Part shown: piece after piece, positions 53,772 through 64,000 of the stretch
Position numbering within the stretch: the stretch's first letter is position 1
Layout of the letters: every line of letters starts with the position of its first letter
From: Adineta vaga
Taxonomy: Eukaryota > Animalia > Rotifera
Length of the DNA stretch: 64,000 nt
Direction of reading: 5' to 3'
Assembly (NCBI GenBank): GCA_021613535.1
Contig: CP075497.1
Location: 6,448,001 to 6,512,000, forward strand
Translations under genes and position numbers: made by a program
Notes under the pieces: generated by a model
The model's database searches: none
What the model was told of the DNA's origin: nothing
What the model saw: the letters and a program-made list of their open reading frames with translations, nothing else

Positions 53772-56255
53772 ATGAAGGTAGTAAGAGAAAAGGCGTAAGA
53801 CAAAACTTCCTTAAATACTAACTGTCAAATGTTTTTTTTTATTTATTTTCTTTAGACTCTATTAAAGTGTAACATTGCTGATTGTCAATGTGAACAGTTT
53901 TTTCCGGGGAATAGTTGTGATCTATCAGTACGTTCATGTGACGAATGTAAACATAGTTTTGTCAATCATGGTAAGTTTTTCTTCGAAGATAATGATGAAA
54001 TTTATGCAATAGTTCTATTGTCATATCTTGTTTTTTTCTCTAATATAGTTATCAATTTAAATGAATTAGATACTGACGATATAATTAAACATTTAACTGC
54101 CGAACATATTTATAAGTTATGTACACTTTGTTTATATGGTACAACGGTTATTTCACCACGAATAAAAATTTTACTTGATCATATATTAGATACATTAACT
54201 CAAGCTGAACGAGATAATATTTTAAAATCATTAAAATGGTCTATTGATGATTATGAGAAATCTTATATAGAACATGTATGTATGATTTGAATTATTTATC
54301 AATGAAAATTTTCTACCTTTCTATCTTTATCCAGACGCGTTGTACCAGAATGAACACCAGCTTTTTTTTTGTTCCTATATTGACCGAAAGAAATCAATCT
54401 TTACTCTCTCCCTCTTGTGCTTGACTAATGTGAACTCAATTACGAAGAGATGAAATATGATCCGTAGTTTTTTTCCTTCTTCTTTGTCCATTGACCAACG
54501 ATCTCTCGATCGAGAGAATTATTTGTCAATGAACCGGATAATTTCCTCTTCTCTGGACCTTCATATGTACCATATCAATCTACATTCATCCATGAACTTG
54601 TGACTATTTTTGAAGTAGTATCTCGAGCAGATAGGAAGAAAAAAATCTCATCAAAATGATGGTTTAGGTTCGTCACTGTTTTTTTGTCTGGGATTTGTCA
54701 TTTTTGAAATTGCATCGTCTTTTTTATGATACAAACCAGAATGCGATAAGTGTAATCATGAAGGATGATGCCCGACATCGAATGTCATGCAATCGATTGA
54801 TCTTTGTATGCACCGTATTTATTATATACTTGTCGATGAGCTGTTCTATTTGACTACCGACACCTTCAATAGAACAACGTAAGGTTTGATCACAAATGTG
54901 TCAAGTGTCGACTATGTAACTTCGATAGTTTTGTTGTTTCTTTTTTTAATTTTCCTTATTGAAATTATCAATTCAATGTTAATTATTATCTTTTTTCTAT
55001 TATATAGAATTTCAATAGTTCGTCATCAAATTTCAATTTAATAATGCCATCGTCCGATGAAGAAGATCAATATTTATTACCCCAATTTCTTCGTTTTGAA
55101 TCGACTCGTTTACTTGCACAATATTTTCTTCAAGTAGCTCAACATCAAAATCAACAACAACAACAGCAACAACGTATTTCTCCACATTGTCCATCATCAA
55201 ATGGTCGTTCACCATCACCACCAGCCACTGAATCCAAACCAATGCGTCTTCCAACAGCAGCACTCTGTGTCCCTACTCCATTATTACCTCCTGCACCAAC
55301 ATTATCATCAGCTACAACACCAAACATGTTACTTCGTCCTCCAGGACCATTTCCATTCTCATCGCCATGGCCTTCAACTGATTTACAAATGATGAATCTT
55401 TTAATGGCTCAATTATCCAATCCTTTAATGATGAATTATGATTTTCGTCGTATTGGAAACAATCTTTTACCAACAGCAGCTGCTGCCGCTGCCGCTGCTG
55501 CTGCGGCTGCATCAAATCTTTCTTCCCTATCAGTTCCATTAAAAAATGAACAAACCAACGGTAAACATTATGATTTACCTGAAATAAACAATAATGATAT
55601 CGAAAGAAAAAGTTCTAACAAACGTAAACGTCTTTGTTCACCATTAAATCTTTCAACAACATCACGTTCTCCAACTGAACTACCAGCATCAACAGAATCT
55701 ATTGGACGAATTTCTGATAGTTCATTATCATCATCAAGCAGTTTAACAAATAATAATCATAATAATAATAACAACAATCATCACCACAACAATTCACATT
55801 CAAATCATTCATCGACAACAACAACAGCATCATCACGTAAACGTCTTTCATTGAGTGAACAACGTATTCTAGTTAGTCCACATGGAAAAAAGCGTGTTCA
55901 ATGTAATGTTTGTATGAAAACATTTTGTGACAAAGGTGCCCTTAAAATACATTTTTCGGCCGTACATTTACGTGAAATGCATCGTTGTACAACACCTGGC
56001 TGTACAATGATGTTCTCTTCACGTCGTTCACGAAATCGTCATTCAGCAAATCCAAATCCCAAATTACATCTACCAAGACCAAATGCAATGTCTCATCGTT
56101 ATCATACAACTGGTCCGATTATATCTGATGGTAAACATCAATCACAAGTTAATTTATATTTAGATGATGAAGATGATAACATTTCATCGAATATTTCTTC
56201 ATCAATTGATGATCAACAAGAAGATGATCGAGCAGATGAAGAACTTGTATCATAA
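53772..56255 (+). CDS. BNC2: Basonuclin/disconnected-family zinc-finger transcription factor
   Basis: N-terminal [42 protein letters not shown]. Finger pair [60 protein letters not shown]. Confidence 0.93.
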
Positions 56256-57508
56256 AACATGAAAACAACAAATATAAAATAAATGAAACTCAAATTTAAA
56301 TCAAACTATTCTTTCCATTTACATTTCCAAGTTCTCTTTTCTTTTCCTTTTTTTTGCGCGCTTGTATTGTTGTCTTTTCTTTTTCTCTCATTTTTGTCTT
56401 CTCTCTTTACTTACAAATATATATATACATTGAAAAAATTTGCAATCTGTACTCTTCTAATTTTTCCCATATCGATGATGAGGATAGTTGACAAGAATAA
56501 ACGATGGATATGTACGTCAAGTTTTATTTGTATACATAGAAGAGAGATTAATTGAAGTATGTTTGTCAACGCTTACGGGGTAAGACAACCTGACGTTTGT
56601 ATTCCCATCGCATTGACCCTTGTCCAACCCTAATGACTTGTTTTTTTGTGCCATCTTTTGTGTTATCTACCGATTGTTCATCAAACAAATGAGCAAACAT
56701 ACGCGTTGTCTATTCTAATGACAATCAGTGTTGACCTTAAAAATTGATTGGTTAGAACTATATTTCTTTTCTGTTTCGTCACTATATATGCATATGAAAG
56801 TCGATCTCTGTTGATATCATTGTGCCGTGTGATTTTTAATGAATTGATTGACTTGCGCGCGTGTGTTTGGGCGATCGAGTGACGTCGGTCGTTTTATGAT
56901 TGTGTCGATGAGTTGTACACCTCTTTTTCTCCTTTTTCTCGTTATTAGTTATGGCAAGGATGCGAAACAACTGAATGAAACATGTGTCGTGATTCGTTTC
57001 AAATATTTCATATAAACTATTCATCTCTTATATAACAATGAAAAGTGAAACGATCAGTACAGTATTATCTTGAGTTAAGAATTCAAAGTGCACATTTTTA
57101 AAATGTCAAGAATTCATCATTTTCTCTTACAAAATCGCTCTATCAGATCAATTAACACAAAGAAAAGAAAAACGCATACTTCAAACACCTATATTATATA
57201 TTTTCTATTTCATCAGTAACTAAAACAAGGTCAATAATGAAAATGTTGACATTAATGACACTGTCCATACGAAGAATAGGCGAACTGATGTCTATTACTA
57301 TTGATTTTCCAGCTGGTGCTTGCTTATTAACATTGATAAGTTTCAACTTATGGAGACAGTAGAAAAACTTGTTTATCTTTTCAATTGAAAAGAAAAGAAA
57401 AGAAAAGAAAAAAATTGTTTGTTTTTTTTTATTTAAAAAGATTTTTCCGATTTCCAAAGGAAGTAAACAATTCTTCATGATAAAGAGCAAAAATTTTCAA
57501 TTAAAAAT

Positions 57509-57821
57509 TTATTTAATGAAACTAAGTTCATCTGGAGAATAATTTTCATTTGAACGTGTACCATAGAATTTTGAACGTTTGTAATATCGACTTAAAATAG
57601 AGTTAAAACCATATGGATCATATTCTTCTCGACGTACTACACGTGCATTGACAACATTTGATAAAGAATGGGTGTCCACAGACGAGAGAGGTGTATGCTG
57701 AAAAGCATCGGTAAATGTCACTGCCAAAAGAGCAATGAGAACAAGAAGATACACTGAAATTACCAATATGAAATTTAAAAGAGGAAAAAAATCGTTGGTA
57801 TTTTATCATACCTAGTCGCAT
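57509..57821 (-). CDS. Putative neuropeptide precursor with a tachykinin-like FxGxR motif, 2 exons
   Basis: Spliced MRL|VYLLVLIALLAVTFTDA signal peptide; dibasic RR and KR sites; KR-SKFYGTR. Confidence 0.7.
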
Positions 57822-58718
57822 TGTTAAGGATTTTTGATAGTTGACGCTGAGATGTGTTTAATATATATTCAATTTGTTCTTTATGATTCTTATCGAATAC
57901 GTTACATATTTATATAGTTAATTCTTTTCAGTAATGCGTAGGGCTAAAACAATTTTCTATGAGTAGCACTTCAGTGAATACTAGGAATAAGAAAACTAGT
58001 TAACACAAAGAAGATGCAATTTCATAAAGTAGTTCTATTCAATTATATTAAGAAAAGGATATATTTGTGAACTGAAAATACTTTTTCTAATTACATTAGA
58101 ATTGGTTTGATTATCATGTTTTTTTTCATGTGACATACAGACACGTAACACACTATTCATGAATTGACAGACAATATTAATCAGTTTGCCAAATTTGATT
58201 ATCTAGTCGACATGTCAAGATGATCATATTAGTCTTTTTTTCTGAAAACTATCAGAATGACAATATCAATACTAATTCTAATAAAATATGATTTTATTTT
58301 TCATGAACAAAAATCTTCTCGCGTAGATCAAGTACATTCTTGTATCTAATTATTAATTTATATATCGCCATAACGACTTGAGATGAAATCGTGCTTTTCT
58401 ATTTCACTGAACAAGGTATAAAGAGATTTCTTTTCATCAATTGCTCTCTCTAGTTAATAAAACAATGACATTTTACGGAATATTTTTGTATTTAAAGTGT
58501 TTAGAACGATCCCAATTTTGTCAAGAAAGGACATTCAAAAAATTCAATAATTTGATCTACTATATTATTCTACAGCGTCATCTGTCGTTTTCATCTATAG
58601 ATTGCTTCCTTTTATTCTCCAATAAAACTTCATTTGTAAACTACTACTAGCTATTCTCGTCTATCGAAAGACGATCGATTTTCGTAATATTAATATAGTT
58701 TATAACGAAAATTATTTA

Positions 58719-60144
58719 ATGGCATCTAAACGACCAGAACATCAAGGCCCACCGGACATTGTACGATACAATAGAATAAATATTATACAATATATATATA
58801 TATACATGTATTTGTTTTAGTTCTACAATGAAAACGAAGCTCGAAAATATTCACAAAAGTAAATATTCGATATTTCTCAATGGTAAACAGACGAAGAATT
58901 TTCTTTTAGTACACATATTATTGATGTACAAACGAAATTATCTGAACGTGCTATTGAATTACTCAATCTACCTGATGAAGAATCTTGTTTAGTACTTGAT
59001 ATTGGGTAAGACAATGACTTCATTTCTTCGTATTTATTAAATTTTGTTTTTCGTTTAGATGTGGATCTGGTTTAAGTGGAGAAGTTCTAACAGACTTAGG
59101 TCATCAATGGTTTGGATTAGATATATCTACAGCAATGTTAGGTTTGTATTTTATTACAATGAATTGTTGATAGGATTTCTTTAGAATTATGTAGATGTAG
59201 CACAAGAACGAGAAGTTGAAGGTGAACTTGTCTTAGGAGATATTGGTTATGGTATGCCATTTCGTGCTGGATCATTCGATGGTGCGATTAGGTATTGAAT
59301 AGACAATTAAATGAAAAACAATAAGATAAGAAATATAATTGTTGCTTTAGTATTTCAGCATTACAGTGGTTATGTCAAGCTGATAAAAGTTATCATAATC
59401 CAGTAAAACGACTTTATAAGTTTTTTGCGACACTTTATAGTTGTCTAGTAATTGACATTGAAAATTAATTTGTTTGAAATTGTTTCATGATTTTTTTTCT
59501 TTCAGGCTCGTGGAGCTCGTGCAGTACTTCAATTCTATCCGGAAACACCAAATCAAGTAGAATTTCTTTTGTTTGTTAAGATCTTAATCTCTTTTATTTT
59601 TTTTTCTCCTTGAGGTCGATATGATTACACAACAAGCAATGAAAGCTGGTTTTACTGGTGGTCTTGTTGTTGATTATCCGAATAGTACTCGCGCAAAGAA
59701 GTATGTCATAAACGATGATGAATATATTTGTTAATTTAATCTCGTAAAAAGAATGTTTTTATGTTTGTTTGCTGGTGGACAAGTTCAACAATTACCGAAA
59801 GGTTTAACAGGTGAAGAAGGTAGTGAAGATGTTCCAACACAAGCACGTTTTGATAAACAACGGTAATGTAAAGAATTAAAATGTCACAAAGAAGAATAAA
59901 AGTTAGAATGTTTCATTTATAATAGACAACGTTACAAAGATCTTCGTGGAAAATCATTGAAAAAGAGTCGAACATGGATTTTAGATAAAAAAGAACGTTG
60001 GAGAAACAAAGGAAGGTATGTATTTCAATGATTTGAAGAGAAAAAAGAAAAAAAGAATGATTTTGAAATGTGATTATTTTTTACTTTAGAGATGTTCGAC
60101 CGGATTCAAAATATACGGCACGCAGACGACCGAAACCTTTTTGA
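58719..60144 (+). CDS. BUD23: 18S rRNA m7G methyltransferase BUD23/WBSCR22
   Basis: [98 protein letters not shown]. Not in the ORF track because the exons are short. Confidence 0.96.
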
Positions 60145-62331
60145 ATCATGTTTTTCTTGTCATCTCTGTTTTTGTTTTCGACAAAAAGAAGAAAGTAATA
60201 CGATTCATTTGCATTGCAGTAAATGAAATCATAAACAAGGCTTATCTTTTTAATTTAATTAGAAATAATAGATAACGATGGGCTAAAGATTTTCCTGCAA
60301 AGAAAACCTGGTTGTTTCTAAACAGATAGAAATTTTGTTAACTTGAGAAGTTCCATCCAAAAAGTCCAAATTTCAAATATATAAGTAATAGTACATGTTA
60401 TTGATGGTTAAAAGTTGGAAAAGATCGTATTTCCAACAAAAAAAAAACGTCGATGTCCATTTTAAATGCGAACTCGATGAATACTACCATACTCGTGACA
60501 GCTTATTCATAGTTTTATATCTGCGATCATTGATTTTGTTTTCAAAGATGAAACGTTTGCAAGCAAGACAGTTGACCCTATTGAACGCGCATGCATTCAA
60601 CTCCAATCACTGTTATGAAAATCAGGGTCACGAGGCTAAACGTTTTATTTCCACTTCAGAAAGCATTTTCATTCCATCAAAGAATTCTGTTTATTTGAGG
60701 AACTTCAAAGATATTGATTTGTGCCGAAAAAAAACCTCCTTTCATTTTGTTGCATCCGCTCATGCTATATATACATACATTGTTGTTCAATGACTTTGTT
60801 CATTGTGCATAACCTCATAGTAATGTTTGAACTTTCAGTATAAAGCGTCTATCCGCTGTTGACGTTCACAAAAAAGTAAATAGTCATTTATCTGAAATAT
60901 TCTCTCGAACCTTATTTCAATTCATGTATAGACAAATCTAAGATCGCTTTCTTTCCAAAAGAATCTCAAGTTCTATTTCTTTTGTTCAAAGAAAGTCATC
61001 GTATATCTCAGTACTTTTTTAGATCATATTCGGATGACATTAAAGATCAGGCTAGACATAGGAACATAATTTATTCGATTATTATTCATCATCTAGAAAG
61101 AAATTCAGATCATTTGAGAGATGTGGGATTAATTATAAAAGACATTGTCTTTCGTAACTTAGAATATCAGAGAACAGAACTAGTTCTTGACACTCATCAT
61201 TATTAACGTTTCTTTTTTCATCTAATGAAAATTTCTATTCATTTTTATGAACAGACAGAAAGTAGAAGTTCATTGTAAATACTCGCATTTATTTATTTCT
61301 TATTGTTTTTTCACTTAACACGAATAAGTAACTTAAAAATAGATTTTTCTCTACTTGTATTCATATGTAAACAGAGATTCTCGTTGAATTATATAATCAA
61401 TAGAATAAGACTTCAAATATTCATTGAATTTCCTCTTGGAAAAGGAAACACAATTATATACAAGTTTACATTACTAGGAAATGTTTTTCTTGTCCGCAAA
61501 TTACTGATATTTACATTTTAGTCATTTCTTCTAATAGAATAGCTCTTCAAATCAAAATAATTCATGAGTTTCTATTTTTATTCACATCGTCGACAACATC
61601 AGACGTAGAATATCTCTTATTATCATATTAGTTCATGTACTGTACTTTAGAATAATTGTGTATCACTATTAACTTATGCAAACTCTAAAATATGAGTGTA
61701 ATTCACGAGAGAGTATCTTCGTTAACTACTCATCGTATAAAATAATATATATATATATATATATATTTCCGACATTTATACTATTCTAAGAAAAACGAGA
61801 AAGTATCCGTGATTCTCCTGCTTTTTTTTCCTTTATAATTAAATATAACTTACTAACACACGTTTCTTTCTCTTTTTTTGTAGATATATTTAATAAAGTT
61901 CATGTAACAAATCAAACTATGTGCTATGAACTTAACAGTCAATTATGATCTTTCTATATGGGATAGGACATTTCTATGCAAAACATCTCAATTACATTTG
62001 TCATTTTTTTCAGCTCGATAGTCTTTCTAATGTAATTAGATTTTTCTTTTTTCAATGACAAAATATTTAATCAATTTATGTGTAGCCAAGGGAGTACACG
62101 AAGTAGCTTATTTCAATTATTTGCAGTCGATCTTAACAAGCACATACATAGGAATGATTTGATCATAGATTAGTCAAACGAAGAAAAGAAAAAGAATCTA
62201 ACAAAGTAGAAAAGAAACGTTCATATATGTTTGTCTTTTAGATTATTAACAAAAACTATTGCAGATATACAACTTTACAGGTTCGATGATATTTTAAATC
62301 AATTATTTCTATGAAAGATTTTATTTTTCAG

Positions 62332-62739
62332 ATGATCATGTTTTATCGCATTTGTTGTCGTTTAATTTTTATTCTTATTCTCTTCAAATCTTTCTGTTAT
62401 ACATTTCCTGCTACATCAATTGATGATATTCCACCTGAAGATTTAGCATTACTTCTCAATGAAAGTCATGAACAATCAGATATAAAAGAATCCAATGATC
62501 CAGATTCAAGTATTGAAAAACCAATAATGAATGAACAGAATGAAGCTTATTATTTGAAAATATTATGTGCTCTTTATGGAAGTTGTAGTGCTGACGATGA
62601 TAATAAAATCACTAAACCACCCATCGAATATGATGAAAAAAAACACAAACGTCTATTATCTCGATTATTTTATGGTTTTCCTAAATTTGGCAAACGTGCA
62701 TTTGCATCAGCATTTGATGGAATACCAAAATTTGGTTAG
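62332..62739 (+). CDS. Neuropeptide precursor releasing two GxPKF-amide peptides
   Basis: Signal peptide, acidic spacer, KR-LLSRLFYGFPKFG-KR-AFASAFDGIPKFG-stop (Gly amide donors). Confidence 0.85.
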   Translation: MIMFYRICCRLIFILILFKSFCYTFPATSIDDIPPEDLALLLNESHEQSDIKESNDPDSSIEKPIMNEQNEAYYLKILCALYGSCSADDDNKITKPPIEYDEKKHKRLLSRLFYGFPKFGKRAFASAFDGIPKFG

Positions 62740-63180
62740 ATCATTTGACTGTTTCTTCTTTTGATTACATAGAAATAAAAGAAAAGATTGCTTATATACA
62801 TACACGATCACTGGAATTTTGTTGTTTTTCTTGACAAACTCTAATCTAGTTTAATTCTTCTTAACATCAAATAATATTGAAGATTTTTTCAATTCAAAGA
62901 ACTTCGTAAGACAAATTTTGACGGAGAAAGCAAAATACTCGATAATCATTAAGCAATGATCTTGGGTATATTTTGTTGTTATACAAAAAATAGAAGAAGA
63001 CGAAGCAAAGAAAAGAAAAGAGAACAAAACAAGCCAAAACTGTACATAAGAAGACGAAGAAAAACGAAAAATGCATATCTGACATGAGACTCTTAAACAA
63101 AGACGAAAAACAAATGAATAGAAGAGAGAAAGAGAGAGAGAGAGAAGAGAAAACATTTTTGTAGATAATTAAAATTTCTG

Positions 63181-63968
63181 TCATACACCAAAATTCGTTT
63201 GTCCAATCCATGAATTATCATTTGGAGGAAATAAAGTTTGACTTTCATGTTTTACTTTAGTGAAAAGTGAAGCAGCATGACCTTGATAATAATGTGATTG
63301 ATGTTGTTGTTGCTGTTGTTGCTGATGCTGATGATGGTGTTGTTGTTGTTGATGATGATGATAATCAAATTGTGAAGCAAGTTGTTTAATTGGTGGTGAT
63401 GGTGCATAATAATTATTATAAAAATGATGATGAGGATTTGATGTTTCATAAGAAAATAATAAATTATCAGGTGTACAACCATTTGTATAATTTGCTGAAG
63501 ATATTGGCATTGTTTGTGGTAATTGAGGTGGTGGTGATAAATCAAGATTTGATTGTTGATGATGTTCCGATGAACATGCCGCTGCTTCAGACATTGTTGG
63601 TGAAGTTCGTCCTATGAATAAAATAAATAATAAGAAAAAAAAAGAAACAGTAAAGTTTTTCGTTAACATACGGCTGTTCTTATTCAGAAGTGTAACATCG
63701 ATTGTTTTGGGAGATTTATCTTTTTTTGATTTGCGTTTACGTGTTTGTATACCATCTTTTTTTAATGTCAATGGTCGGCTAACCTATACAAAATGAAATA
63801 TTAGTATAAAAAAGAAATGAAAAAAAAAGAAATGAAATTTACTCCATGTAATTTATAATAAAGACCACATGCATTACAGACACTTTCTCCACTAGCATTT
63901 CGTCTCCATAAAGTTGTATCCGTGGTAGAACAATTGGCACATTGGTTACCTGAACGATGAAGAGCTCC
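63181..63968 (-). CDS. GATA transcription factor (GATA4/5/6-like), 3' exons; gene continues beyond the window
   Basis: [33 protein letters not shown]|[18 protein letters not shown]; His/Gln-rich tail. Confidence 0.93.
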
Positions 63969-64000
63969 CTGAAAAGAAAAAAAGCGAAGAGAACAAATGA

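Noticed and set aside
60395-61521. ORFs between BUD23 and the PKFamide gene
   Set aside because: No recognisable motif or splice structure. Possibly an old repeat remnant, but no termini were found.
1-64000. tRNA genes, CRISPR arrays, autonomous transposase or RT ORFs
   Set aside because: None recognisable by eye. tRNAscan-SE and RepeatMasker would be needed to exclude them fully.

Overview
AT-rich, gene-dense eukaryotic (metazoan) genomic DNA with many short (~50-65 nt) GT-AG introns. The style fits a bdelloid rotifer (Rotaria/Adineta-like); this is an inference. About 20 spliced or intronless protein genes are recognisable: ECT2 (3' end), a Pins/GPSM, TFAM, CCAR1, GALM, a beta-1,4-GalNAc/Gal transferase, a secreted CUB-LDLa protein, two small STPK ORFs, an R7 RGS, TMEM33, TFIIIA (GTF3A), IPMK, COA5, MMAA, CPEB, a ZnT-like CDF, SLC12A9, basonuclin/disco, two neuropeptide precursors, BUD23 and a GATA factor (3' end). 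A degraded zone at ~14.7-21 kb holds non-autonomous DNA-transposon remnants. The standout observation is a 75-nt 5S rRNA mimic (helix I analogue, helix V, loop E, helix IV, GNRA loop D) inside an enlarged intron of the TFIIIA gene. It overlaps a predicted 31-nt poison cassette exon whose 5' splice site lies in the loop E strand, suggesting an animal counterpart of the plant P5SM switch built from the opposite (TFIIIA-binding) arm of 5S rRNA. Exon boundaries were read by eye and no database searches were run.
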